Source of the DNA: a virus
Virus record (IMG/VR): IMGVR_UViG_3300028146_000008
Span: 30,369 to 94,368 of that record
DNA: 64,000 nucleotides
Strand: one strand, 5' to 3'
Shown: in pieces, positions 1 to 9,249 of the stretch
Numbering within the stretch: position 1 is the first letter of the stretch
How the letters are laid out: the number at the start of each line of letters is the position of its first letter
Notes under the pieces: generated by a model
Told to the model about the DNA's origin: nothing
The model's input: only the letters and a program-made list of their open reading frames with translations
Database searches by the model: none
Position numbers and translations under genes: made by a program

Positions 1-104
1 GCGTCTTCTCGCTTAGTCTCTCACGCTGCGATTTCTCGCTTGCGCCTCGTTGCCATTTCAGGGTTCGAGTCAATCAGAGAAGATTTTAGGAACACCGAGT
101 TTTA
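1..104 (-). ncRNA. Group I intron 3 of capsid gene (5' part, truncated by window edge)
   Basis: P1: exon GGAACAU pairs with GUGUUCC ending in U.G. P3 UCUUCUC/GAGAAGA, P4 CUCG/CGAG, P6a GCGA-GAAA-UCGC, R element GAGAGACUA. The 5' splice site could be after 105 or 104. Confidence 0.85.
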
Positions 105-1620
105 ATGTTCCGCCAGTTACCGTCTTCGATTGCATTGTCACCACGTCCGCCTAGGCGAATCGCTATGACTCCGTCTTTACCGAAGATGTAGGTACGGTAC
201 GCAACCACCGAAGCCGCCGAACCCTGATACGCCGTTGTGAGCGTAACCAAGTTCGACTGGAAGAACGCGACACCAGATGCTGGGAACTCCAGCGTGTCCG
301 CGAGGTCAACCGAGACCAAATCATCCATGCGCTGGAGTCCAGGCACGGTGTGCTTCAGTACGTCGATTGCTGAGTTGTTGCTGGAATCGTTCAAGAGGTC
401 GCCAACGGCGAACGGGTGAATGACGCCTGCGAAAAGTGCTTCCGCTTCGTTGAAGGGCTGCACTGCGCGGCCAGCCAGAGACTGGACCTGAGCGCGAATG
501 TTGGCGAGAGCCAACGAAGTACCACCAGTGATCTTGACCGACACGGAGCTGTCAACGCTGGAAGCGCCGTCAGCAACCGCACGGGTGATCGCGGACAGAG
601 ACTGTCCAAGGCGATACGAAAGTTCGCGACCGACGTTTTCAACAACCGGGTCGATTGCGGTAGCGAGGGAAAGGCTGGAGAAGTTCGCGTAGTCCGCGTA
701 CTCACCTATCGTGGCAGTCGTAGTTCCGACTGACGCGCTGATGCCCGTGGGCACCGTGCCTTCGGACACTTGGGCGGTGTTCGCGCCAAATGTGTTATTA
801 GTTGTGTTTAGGGTTTAAAGCGAGGCTTCCTGTGTCACCACAGGATCACTCTTACGGTCACCCGTAAGCTCGGACTCTATCTTCTCTTCGGTTTCCCGAA
901 GGTCTTGCGTATTAGTCTCTACGGAGTTATCTTGTCGATTCAGTAGGCGAATTTTATTGGCCAGTTCTTGGCGTTTCTGAGGACTACCATAAGGTAGCCG
1001 CAAAAACTCTAACGCAAGAATGGCTTGTTCTCTTTTCATTAGCAGGTATGGAACAATTGCGAGTAGAAAATTCTCTCGGTTCTTCTTGCCTGCGGGCATC
1101 CACATATACTGGGTACGCCCCGGTTTTCCGCCGTATCCGATTAGGGATCGAACGTAAAACCGCCCCCCGACATTTTTAACCAACCACTTCATCAGGAAGA
1201 GAGATGTATTGTAAATCGCTACTTGGAGTTGAAAGTCTCCTTGCGCTCTTTTGTTAGCGCAAATAGTTCCTTCTCCATCGACTATCCCGGCCAGATACGA
1301 CCATAAATGTTTTTCCATTTTAGATATTTCCTCGGTATTGTCTGATAATGATTGTATCAGAGATCCACCGATATAGCAAGATTTTTAATTCATGCATAAC
1401 TGTAGGTCTACATGAATAGTTCCAACTGATTACCGGAATTGAGAGGGAGTTCCCGACGTTCTGCACAACGAACGAAAGGAGTCTGCGCTTTCAAATTCTC
1501 AATAAAACGCTTCTTCTTTCAGTTGGTTTGATCTACGACAAGCGTTGTTTAATCGTAGTAAATTACTCGCGATTGCGGTAAGTTGGAAGTAGTGTTTGAA
1601 GCTGGATTAAATCCGGCCAT
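105..1620 (-). CDS. Major capsid protein (N4-gp56-like/HK97 fold), intron-split. Exon1 1620-1552, exon2 1512-1410, exon3 798-105; gene continues beyond the window start
   Basis: Joined exons read MAGFNPASNTTSNLPQSRVIYYD|KRFIENLKAQTPFVRCAERRELPLNSGNQLELFM-Y|NTFGANTAQVSEGTVP..., in frame with ORF 86..769. SD-like AAGGTAG upstream. Lies directly downstream of portal and scaffold. Confidence 0.85.
799..1409 (-). ncRNA. Group I intron 2 of capsid gene, carrying a LAGLIDADG homing endonuclease
   Basis: P1 UUCAUGU/GCAUGAA with U.G, P10 GUUAU/AUAAC, P3 UCUUGC/GCAAGA, P4 UCGGU/ACCGA, R GUAGAGACUA, S AAGAUAGAGUCC, P9 CUUACGG-GUGA-CCGUAAG. Removal restores the capsid frame. Confidence 0.9.
815..1318 (-). 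CDS. Intron-encoded LAGLIDADG homing endonuclease
   Basis: YLAGIVDGEGTI motif, 167 aa, inside intron 2. Confidence 0.9.
   Translation of the reverse strand: MEKHLWSYLAGIVDGEGTICANKRAQGDFQLQVAIYNTSLFLMKWLVKNVGGRFYVRSLIGYGGKPGRTQYMWMPAGKKNRENFLLAIVPYLLMKREQAILALEFLRLPYGSPQKRQELANKIRLLNRQDNSVETNTQDLRETEEKIESELTGDRKSDPVVTQEASL
1513..1551 (-). ncRNA. 39-nt core-less group-I-like mini-intron in capsid gene
   Basis: In-frame insertion with two stops between YYD and KRF. P1 CUACGAU/GUCGUAG, P10 AACGCUU/AAGCGUU, terminal G. Confidence 0.7.
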
Positions 1621-1663
1621 TGTACTACCTTTTAATTCTGTTTATTTGTACGATCCGAGATAT

Positions 1664-2584
1664 CTATTTTTTCTTCGCGTAGAGTTCTTCAACTGCTTTG
1701 CGGAAGTCAGGGTCTTTCAACTTCGCTTCGTACTCTGCCGCGCTCATTTTGTTGATATCTCTGTGAGTAATCCCAGCGGTCTTGGGCGCGGTCGCTCCAG
1801 GTACTGCGCTGGAATTACCTCGTCCCAATCCGGATGACGATTGCTGTGGTCGCACTTCTGTAGGCTCGCTCGGGATCGCCGGGGCCGAATTTGTCGCCGG
1901 TTCCGAGATCGTCGGAACCGTAGCAGGTGCGGCGGCAGCGGGTGCTGCCGGTGATACTGGTGTTTCCGCTTTTGGAGCCTGTAGCACTAACAAATCGTCA
2001 GCGGCTAAGTCTTCAAAAGCTAATCTCAAGTTTTGTGCGGTCCAGCGCCGATTGTTTTTCTCCATCCATTTCTGGATGTGATCTCGGTTGGACTCGCATT
2101 CCACATACTGTGGGGTGGCGGCGATGAATTCTCTAACCGCCTGTTGGATCTTTCCTACACGCTTATCAATATCAATGTCCCGGAGTTTTCCGCGAACTAC
2201 GTCTAGCGGGGCTCCGAGCTGGGCTTCGAGAAGGAGTTTTTGTCCTTCTGCCACCGTAGCGGGGTCTCTCAAGAGTTTTTCTATCTTGATCCGCTCATCG
2301 GCGGTAAGTGGCCGCTCCTCGTAGGAATAAAGCGGTTCTTCTTCCGGTTCGGGTTCCAGCATTTCGCCGAGCTTGGCTGCCCTGCGGGTTTCGTAAAGCT
2401 TCACTGCCGCGTTTCGGTGGGCAGCATCTTTCTTTTCCAGCAAGTCTTCGAGTGTGTCAGCTTCAAAGTACTGCAGAGGGCCGACTGGGAGGCCGTTGTT
2501 GTCGGTCAACTGAGTCTGGATTACAAACTTCTTTTTATCTTCATTCCAATACTTGGATTTAGGCGTAGCTACTGCTTCGGACAT
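1664..2584 (-). CDS. Capsid scaffolding protein
   Basis: Between portal and capsid genes; helical body, Pro/Ala linker, C-terminal INKMSAAEYEAKLKDPDFRKAVEELY. Confidence 0.7.
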   Translation of the reverse strand: MSEAVATPKSKYWNEDKKKFVIQTQLTDNNGLPVGPLQYFEADTLEDLLEKKDAAHRNAAVKLYETRRAAKLGEMLEPEPEEEPLYSYEERPLTADERIKIEKLLRDPATVAEGQKLLLEAQLGAPLDVVRGKLRDIDIDKRVGKIQQAVREFIAATPQYVECESNRDHIQKWMEKNNRRWTAQNLRLAFEDLAADDLLVLQAPKAETPVSPAAPAAAAPATVPTISEPATNSAPAIPSEPTEVRPQQSSSGLGRGNSSAVPGATAPKTAGITHRDINKMSAAEYEAKLKDPDFRKAVEELYAKKK

Positions 2585-2686
2585 ACTTGCTCCTTGCGCT
2601 TAATCGGCGCGTGGTTCGATACAAGTGGCCTGTTCAGTACAAAGAGTGTTTGTAGTGAGCGGTTTACTTGTAGTGTTTGATTTGTG

Positions 2687-3067
2687 TTATCTTTGATCGA
2701 GAATGATTGCTTCGATCACTTCTTGATCTTGTAATTCTTCTTGTGCGACTTTCAAACGGACATCGGCAAGATGATTCTGTTTTTCAAAAGTGACTTGGCC
2801 GCGAAGACTTTTGTAGAACTCGTTCATCGCATGGGCGATAGTCATGGATGTGGTTTGTTTCTTCTCTTCCGTGGGGTCGCACTCCATAGCGGCGTTTCGA
2901 GCTTTGACGATTTCAAGCTTCATCAGCTTGTCTAAAGCGCGTGCGTAGGGGGACTGATCCCCTGCCATCAAATCCATCTTCTCGGAGTCGGTTAGCTCAC
3001 TCGGAGGGCTGAACATTAGGCGTGGGTCGGTTTGTTGGGGTCGGGCGAATGCCTCGGATCCATTCAC
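2687..3067 (-). CDS. Hypothetical head-module protein
   Basis: 126-aa helical ORF with GGAG SD, between portal and scaffold. Confidence 0.6.
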   Translation of the reverse strand: MNGSEAFARPQQTDPRLMFSPPSELTDSEKMDLMAGDQSPYARALDKLMKLEIVKARNAAMECDPTEEKKQTTSMTIAHAMNEFYKSLRGQVTFEKQNHLADVRLKVAQEELQDQEVIEAIILDQR

Positions 3068-3082
3068 TTTGTGAAGTACTCC

Positions 3083-5209
3083 TTATCCAACCATCTGGCC
3101 GGAACCGAGGCCCATCGTTGGCGCGTTAGCACCTAGAAGGGCTTCTGGTTCGGCGGATTTTTCTGCGATGACTCGGAAGATGTCTCGAACCGCTCTGGCT
3201 TCGTTTTCCTGGTCAATTAGCTGTTGGCTCTCTTGCATCTTGCGGGCGTCCGCTTGCTGGTCTATTTGCGCCTTCATTTGCATTTGAGCGGCAGGCGAGT
3301 TAGCTTGCAGACGCTGAATTTCTTCCGCACTCATATCTTCAATAATGCTGTAGTAGTTCTTCCAGCCTGAGATGTCGTGAACCATGTGGAAGAGTTCTTC
3401 CACGTTCACTTTCTTCTGGTTCACTTCGTTCAACTGTTTCATCAGCGGTTGATTCTCGAATAGCTGCAGCATCATAAAGAGTGACTGCGCCATCTGAGAT
3501 TTCGCGGCTAGGTGGGACCCGGCCAATACTTCAAATTCCGCAGGCGAATTCAGGAAATCGCCGGAATCAAAAGTCGCCCATTCTTTTCCAAAATGCTCGC
3601 CGAGAAGTTGCTTGATATACGCCATCGGCATCTTCTCTTTGTTGAGAGTATGCATTTTGTAAATCAAGGGCTCGTAGACTTGGCGCACAAACGCTTCGGC
3701 GAATCCACCGATGCGGTTCATCGTGGCTTGGATGACGCCCGCTGCGCCCGTGCCGGTACGCATTGCGCCGCCACGAGTGGTGGAAGCGCCCATCGTAAGT
3801 TGCTGGTTTGCGCCCGAGGTCATTTCGACCCGGCTCTGGGAGAGAGCGATTTGCTGTACGACTTCCGCAGGAATGTTCGGCTGCTGCATTAAGGTCAGAG
3901 CCTTAGTGGTGTCGCCGTCTACCGCGATAATCCCGCCGATTCGTTGTCTGATTTGTTGTTCCTGAACGTTAGCCCCGCGAGAGCGAACGAACATAGGATT
4001 GACAATGAGATCAGCCAAATCCAGGCAGGCGTTGATGAGACCGGCTTGAACACGTTGTTCGACCCCGATAACGCGACCAAGACCCAGACCCCAAAAAGCG
4101 TTAGGTATGTTCCACCAGTTGACACTAAGGAATGGAATACATCCGAACTCGTTTGGCTCATTACGGATTACCTTGACGCGCTGGAGAACGGTGATTACTT
4201 TGTCGTTGTCCCAGCGTTCCAGAACTTCCAGCGGTTCATCGAGTGGATCCGCAGTAGATGCTTCAAACTGAGGCTTCGCGTGATGGACCTGGGTGGTTCC
4301 CTGGCTCCCCATCATTTCGGTGCTTCCACCGACCGTCGCAGCTTCCTTGGGCCTCTCGAACCAAGATTTAATCGTGGCTTCGCTCGGGAGGTCGTACCGC
4401 TTTTTCAGTACCTGTTTGCCGTTTTCGGTGGTGACGTACTCTTCATCCTTCAACTTAATGAGGTCTTTGTACGTCAGATACATTTTGTCGATAACAAACT
4501 TCGCTTTGCGAATGTCAGGGACTTTTAGTCCCGGATCGACGAGTGTGAACCGGATATCTTTTGCTTCAAATGTGGTGCGATGAACCTGTTTGTCTTTTTC
4601 TACTTTTTTGTACGTTTGGGAGTCTTTGGTTTCGATAACCGTGGGTTCGGCTCCGGGGACTGGGAGGGCGGCAATCTTAACCCCCTTCTCCAACGGTTCA
4701 TATTTCGTTTCTTTTTTGACAAAGCTTTCAAAGCCCCACTTCCAAATACCAGTGCCAAAGTTCAGGGCCGAGAAAAGGCCCCAATCGGTTTCTTGGCGGA
4801 AACCCATCTCATCTTGTTCGATTGAAATCAGCGACCGGATCGCTCGGGTTATGTTTTCGCTTCTGGACGGGCGTGGTCGCAGAATGAAGGCCGGTGTTTC
4901 GTAAAACAGACCGTTCATCACCTGGGGGTGGATGGAGTTAACTGTTTCGGCGACTACGAACCGGTTCACATTGGAACGGGGGACCGTAGTTTGCTCCCAC
5001 ATCCGGATAGACGGTGGGGATTGATACAGCCCATCGGCTTCGCGCCACCGCAGCGTCCAATAATTTGTTTGCAGCCAAGCCTCTGTGTTGATCGTATCGT
5101 TCACGCAGAGTTGAAGTGCGCCGTCCTTAGTTACTTCGCTAGGACTTTTAAATTGGCTTACTTCCGGCTGCTGATTAGGATTTGCTGGATCGGGCGTGAC
5201 GTGGGCCAT
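3083..5209 (-). CDS. Portal protein (P22-like)
   Basis: 708 aa, follows terminase; EVLERW, IPF...FWGLG segments and Q-rich C-terminus typical of P22-type portals. Confidence 0.8.
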   Translation of the reverse strand: MAHVTPDPANPNQQPEVSQFKSPSEVTKDGALQLCVNDTINTEAWLQTNYWTLRWREADGLYQSPPSIRMWEQTTVPRSNVNRFVVAETVNSIHPQVMNGLFYETPAFILRPRPSRSENITRAIRSLISIEQDEMGFRQETDWGLFSALNFGTGIWKWGFESFVKKETKYEPLEKGVKIAALPVPGAEPTVIETKDSQTYKKVEKDKQVHRTTFEAKDIRFTLVDPGLKVPDIRKAKFVIDKMYLTYKDLIKLKDEEYVTTENGKQVLKKRYDLPSEATIKSWFERPKEAATVGGSTEMMGSQGTTQVHHAKPQFEASTADPLDEPLEVLERWDNDKVITVLQRVKVIRNEPNEFGCIPFLSVNWWNIPNAFWGLGLGRVIGVEQRVQAGLINACLDLADLIVNPMFVRSRGANVQEQQIRQRIGGIIAVDGDTTKALTLMQQPNIPAEVVQQIALSQSRVEMTSGANQQLTMGASTTRGGAMRTGTGAAGVIQATMNRIGGFAEAFVRQVYEPLIYKMHTLNKEKMPMAYIKQLLGEHFGKEWATFDSGDFLNSPAEFEVLAGSHLAAKSQMAQSLFMMLQLFENQPLMKQLNEVNQKKVNVEELFHMVHDISGWKNYYSIIEDMSAEEIQRLQANSPAAQMQMKAQIDQQADARKMQESQQLIDQENEARAVRDIFRVIAEKSAEPEALLGANAPTMGLGSGQMVG

Positions 5210-5541
5210 TATCGAGTGATCTTTATTCCTGAGAAATCCGCTTTATTTGTGCATTGTTCACAAGGTGCGTATTTCTTCTTCAATTCGTAAAAGACGCTGC
5301 CTAGAAAACCTACGGCCAACGTTTGATAGATGTCGCCCTTACAAAGAATGAGCGAAATCCAAAATCCCGTGCATACGGGGCAATCCCACAACTCTTTAAG
5401 AAGATTTGGTAGCTTCGGCAGGCGGGACTTGAGCTTGTGGGCTAGGCTGCTGTCCACCGCCAAATAGACCGCTTGAGTTTGCGCCAACGAGATCAAAATG
5501 ATTTTTAGCAAGTCGTTCATACGCTTCCTGATTGAATCCAA
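5209..5541 (-). CDS. Small membrane protein (DUF1360-like); true start probably near 5410
   Basis: CPVCTGFWIS motif, hydrophobic segments, C-terminal CxxC. Confidence 0.45.
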   Translation of the reverse strand: MDSIRKRMNDLLKIILISLAQTQAVYLAVDSSLAHKLKSRLPKLPNLLKELWDCPVCTGFWISLILCKGDIYQTLAVGFLGSVFYELKKKYAPCEQCTNKADFSGIKITR

Positions 5542-5761
5542 TCACTATCTCGTTGCTGGCTCGGTGCCAAAGTACGGGATAGTTTTCTTGGCCGGTGACT
5601 TCCTTAATTCCTTTAATGATGATCGGATCGTTGTTGGCAATTACTAGAAGGGCGGGAATATTTCGGGCTCGCAAGAATGTCTCCGCTTGGGAGCAGTGCG
5701 GGCACCCGAGTAATCCGTAAAGCGTGAACTGCGGTATAGTGACTTGCTGTGTTTGTTCCAT
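5396..5761 (-). CDS. Glutaredoxin-like protein
   Basis: LYGLLGCPHCSQAETFL, plus cis-Pro segment YPVL and IGFN. Confidence 0.8.
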   Translation of the reverse strand: MEQTQQVTIPQFTLYGLLGCPHCSQAETFLRARNIPALLVIANNDPIIIKGIKEVTGQENYPVLWHRASNEIVIGFNQEAYERLAKNHFDLVGANSSGLFGGGQQPSPQAQVPPAEATKSS

Positions 5762-5783
5762 TGTTCCTCTTGGGAGCGTGTAA

Positions 5784-7640
5784 TCACGTTCCTAGTAACT
5801 GCTCGTCGTAATTTTTTATAATCGGCATCCCTTCCCAGTGAGTGGGAGGCGGGACCACGACTTCTTTCGGAAGATCGTAGCCGTCTGTTTTCCAGTGCTG
5901 GCCAGTCTCGTTTAGCGGATTCTCGCGGTGCCCGAACTGGCGCTCGCTTCTTTGCTTTTGCGCCAACACGTCCCAAGCCGCCGTGACTTTTTCTTGTTCC
6001 GTTTGCGGAATAGTTATGTCTTTCGGCAAGAATCGGCGAAGATGGCCAATCATGTCCACCGAATCATCTTTACGGTTGGTTCCGGCTTTGAACTGAACGA
6101 ACTCCCGAATGACTTGATTCATTACTTCTTTCGGAATCTGATCCGAGAAGAAGATTTGGTTATTCAGAAAGAGATTTTCAGTTCCTTCCGCGCGGGCGTT
6201 CTTAGCGCCTTTTTGGTTATCGACGGGGAACCATTCGATAGGCGGACAGTCGTGGTATCCGACCTTGGCCAATGCTCGGAGAATATCGTTCTCTAAGAAA
6301 TCAGCTCCTGGAGATTTTTCGACGCTTAATTTTTCTAGCGGACGCCACTGAACCGCTAAACCTGCAAACTGGTGGGGCAGATCGGACTTGCTGTACCGAC
6401 CGAGTTTAATCGCGGCTATGTACATCCGACCGGCGTATGGTCCTTTGTCTGTAAAGAACGCTACGCCGCCCGATGAACGGTCACTGTCCGGATTATCGGT
6501 TTTTGCGAAGTCCCATGCCATTCCGACAAAATAGGTTCCAGGTTGTGGGAACTGCTCGTGCGGAATAATCACCGCTTCGATCATTTCCTTAGTGAACTTC
6601 ACGACCTTGGTTAGAGTCGGGTTGATGAGGTACTGGCAACTGAAAATGTAGGCATCTACGTTGAGTTCGGTTTTTAGGTTCTTAAAAGACAACCGTTCAA
6701 CGCCGTCGCCATCTTTCTCAAACAAAAGGCTCGCGATATCGTCTTGCGTGATCTGGTCGAGCTGCTTATTCCATGCGGATTTCTTTAGAACCCAGGCGGC
6801 TGCTTTCAGCACCTTCAGGTCTACGATTGTTTCTTCCAGCGATGAGTAAGCATCCGAAATGTCATACGGAGTACCCACATAATCACGGTAGCCGTACAGA
6901 TCGACAATTGGACGAGCAAGCTTAATTTCAGCAGTAACTTTCTTGCGCGACTCTTCGTTGGCTTTAGGACCGGAGTTCGTGTTACTGACGCAATCATCGA
7001 ACTTACCTACGTCGGCGTGTTTACCTGCGGTGCTCATTCCCAGGGACAGGGCCAGCAGAGTAGGTTGGGGTTGCTGTTCTTTGCGAGACCGAGACATGAA
7101 TTCAAACTCGGACTCTTTTTTCTTCGCCGGTACACAATGGGCGAAGTACAACATTTGAAATCGAGTGAGTTGTTTGTCGTCTTCGACTTGGAAGTGGGAC
7201 TTGGTTTGCCGAACGAAATCGGCAGCCAATCCTTCTTCCGCCGTCATGTAGAAAACGCGAATGTTCGGAAAGCAGATGATCCACTGAATCGCATCCGCCA
7301 TGTCAATGGAGGATTTGAATGTGCCGCGCGGATAAAGAAGTAGGCGGTTCTTGATTGTGCTCTGCTTCGCTACCGCGTCTTTCCAGTTCTTCGCTTCGAT
7401 GTATGGGTTCTTTTTTACGAAAAAATCATCCGTGATTGGCCGGTGGGTTTCGTCAACGAGAGATAACCCGAGAAGGTCCGTACATAGCCAGTAAAGGTCT
7501 TGCTGGCCTCGGCGGAACTCCTCTTCCCAAACTTTCGGATCGTTGTAGCCGTATTTGAGCCAGTCCGTAGAACCCGTCTTTTCGGCAGCGCCTTTTGCTT
7601 CCTGGTAGAGCTTGTCGAAATCAAACGGGTTGTACGCCAT
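5784..7640 (-). CDS. terL: Terminase large subunit
   Basis: PRGTFKSS Walker A variant, GKHADVGKFDD Walker B, VGTPY motif III, nuclease AWDFA and KDDSVD. Confidence 0.88.
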   Translation of the reverse strand: MAYNPFDFDKLYQEAKGAAEKTGSTDWLKYGYNDPKVWEEEFRRGQQDLYWLCTDLLGLSLVDETHRPITDDFFVKKNPYIEAKNWKDAVAKQSTIKNRLLLYPRGTFKSSIDMADAIQWIICFPNIRVFYMTAEEGLAADFVRQTKSHFQVEDDKQLTRFQMLYFAHCVPAKKKESEFEFMSRSRKEQQPQPTLLALSLGMSTAGKHADVGKFDDCVSNTNSGPKANEESRKKVTAEIKLARPIVDLYGYRDYVGTPYDISDAYSSLEETIVDLKVLKAAAWVLKKSAWNKQLDQITQDDIASLLFEKDGDGVERLSFKNLKTELNVDAYIFSCQYLINPTLTKVVKFTKEMIEAVIIPHEQFPQPGTYFVGMAWDFAKTDNPDSDRSSGGVAFFTDKGPYAGRMYIAAIKLGRYSKSDLPHQFAGLAVQWRPLEKLSVEKSPGADFLENDILRALAKVGYHDCPPIEWFPVDNQKGAKNARAEGTENLFLNNQIFFSDQIPKEVMNQVIREFVQFKAGTNRKDDSVDMIGHLRRFLPKDITIPQTEQEKVTAAWDVLAQKQRSERQFGHRENPLNETGQHWKTDGYDLPKEVVVPPPTHWEGMPIIKNYDEQLLGT

Positions 7641-7648
7641 GTCTCCTC

Positions 7649-8296
7649 TTAGGGCATTGAAGGTGCGGCGGCTGCGGGGGCCGGTGCTGCGCTTGACGGG
7701 GCCGGGGCTGCTGGAGCCGCTTCGCCCGCGCCGAGCATCTGCTTTAGTTTCTCAACCAGATCGCCGCCATCTTTCACAGCGTAACTGTTTTCGTTATCGT
7801 CCATTCCGACCTTATCCGGACGGGTGTGCATCTGGTGCTTCACAGTGTGTGAACCATCGGAGTGGTGCTCGATGTGTGTATGCTTGATTCCGTGCTTCGG
7901 CTTCTTGCTGCCACCCAGACCGGAGGTTGCTTTGTCCATCACGGCTTTCTTCATTTCTGGCTTGGCTTCGGACTTCATCGCGGGCTTTGCTTCTTTGTTA
8001 TCTTTTGCGGGAATCACTTTTTCATCCTTATGTAATTCATATAAACCTGTTTTTGGAACCGTTCCGCCCTTTTTGAAACTTCCAAGGGCTTTCGCCTGTT
8101 CGCCGCGATACTTGATTCCAGCGGCGGCATCGCTTGCTTCTTTTCCGATTCCATTTGATGGAGCGGGAGAAGCAGGAGCGGCAGGTTTAGGAGACGGTCT
8201 TTCGGGTCCACGAACGGACGCTTGAAATCTGTTGGCATCAGCCAGTGTGTTCTTAGCAGAAGCTAAGGCGCGTTTGACAAAATCGTTATCCGGCAT
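7649..8296 (-). CDS. Hypothetical Pro/Ala/Lys-rich protein (start MPDNDF)
   Basis: ATG immediately after the upstream ORF stop; contains FKKGGTVPKTGLYELHKDEKVIP. Confidence 0.55.
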   Translation of the reverse strand: MPDNDFVKRALASAKNTLADANRFQASVRGPERPSPKPAAPASPAPSNGIGKEASDAAAGIKYRGEQAKALGSFKKGGTVPKTGLYELHKDEKVIPAKDNKEAKPAMKSEAKPEMKKAVMDKATSGLGGSKKPKHGIKHTHIEHHSDGSHTVKHQMHTRPDKVGMDDNENSYAVKDGGDLVEKLKQMLGAGEAAPAAPAPSSAAPAPAAAAPSMP

Positions 8297-8297
8297 G

Positions 8298-8477
8298 TTA
8301 GGTCTTCTTCGATCTGGCTCTAAAATCGGCTTCACGAAGAACGCGGCCGGGTGTTGCTTTCTCAGGCAAGTTTTTACCCTTGGCTTCTTGATCCCACTCT
8401 TTTACTTTTTCTTTTCCGAGTGCTTTGACTCCAGATGGAGAGTTCGCCCACCGAAGTTGTTTTTTACTTAGTGGCAC
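8298..8477 (-). CDS. Small basic protein (59 aa, MPLSKKQLRWANSPSG...), below the ORF-track cutoff
   Basis: GTG start with AAGGAGG SD; stop adjacent to the next gene's start. Confidence 0.65.
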   Translation of the reverse strand: MPLSKKQLRWANSPSGVKALGKEKVKEWDQEAKGKNLPEKATPGRVLREADFRARSKKT

Positions 8478-8566
8478 GGTTCCTCCTTAGACCGAAACGG
8501 GGCGGGGTGAGCCGCCCCTTCGGGTTACGTTGTGGGGATTTCACCCACACTCTTTTAATTGGTTGA

Positions 8567-9163
8567 TTAGGCTTCGAGAAGGAACTGAGTCAGAGTTACG
8601 GTCGCACCGCTAAGGTTGTTGGCGGCTGCCGAAACAACACCGACTGCAAACTGAACCGGGGGTTCAGCCGCGTAGTTGGCTGTGGTGAGCGGGTTAGTGA
8701 TGATGGCGCGGGCCACTGGAACGTTGGTTCCGCCGTTGGGTCCCAAACCTTCGTACCCTTGGAACACGCCCGTAAGAGCTTTGGATACGTTATCGCCTGA
8801 AAGTTCCGCTTCGATTTCCCACGGAATAGAAGCCGCAACAGCCGCTGCGTAGGTGAACACAGGCACGGCAGTTAACGCGCCGATCTGGTTACCAGCAGCC
8901 GCTGCGAAAGACGCGGTGTTGGACGCATACAGACCGATCTGAACCGGCGTGGCCGCGCTGGTATAAGTGCCCGCGCCGAACGTGATGTAGCCTGCGGCGC
9001 GAACAGTAAACGGTTGGCCGTTCAGTTTGTTTGAACCAGGGGCGTTGAGGTTAAGCTGCGTACCGGCTCCGGGTTCTCCGGCGATAACGGTAAAAGCGGT
9101 AGTAGCTGCACCTGCGGGAACTGTCAGAGAGGCAGCAGCCGGTGCTTGAGCAATAGTATACAT
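8567..9163 (-). CDS. Putative virion structural/decoration protein
   Basis: 198 aa, Ala/Gly/Thr-rich beta-type composition, AAGGA SD, GC-rich hairpin downstream (about 8499-8520). Confidence 0.55.
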   Translation of the reverse strand: MYTIAQAPAAASLTVPAGAATTAFTVIAGEPGAGTQLNLNAPGSNKLNGQPFTVRAAGYITFGAGTYTSAATPVQIGLYASNTASFAAAAGNQIGALTAVPVFTYAAAVAASIPWEIEAELSGDNVSKALTGVFQGYEGLGPNGGTNVPVARAIITNPLTTANYAAEPPVQFAVGVVSAAANNLSGATVTLTQFLLEA

Positions 9164-9249
9164 TGAGATTTTTTCCTTATTTGTTACTGATGTTTATTGG
9201 TGTTACGGAGACGTGCGCGAACGCGGACGTTTAAAACTGAGGAACTAAA

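Noticed and set aside
1513-1551. Ribosomal hop (T4 gene 60-like) across the capsid insert
   Set aside because: A matching GAT landing codon exists but is followed by an in-frame TGA; P1/P10 pairing explains the insert better.
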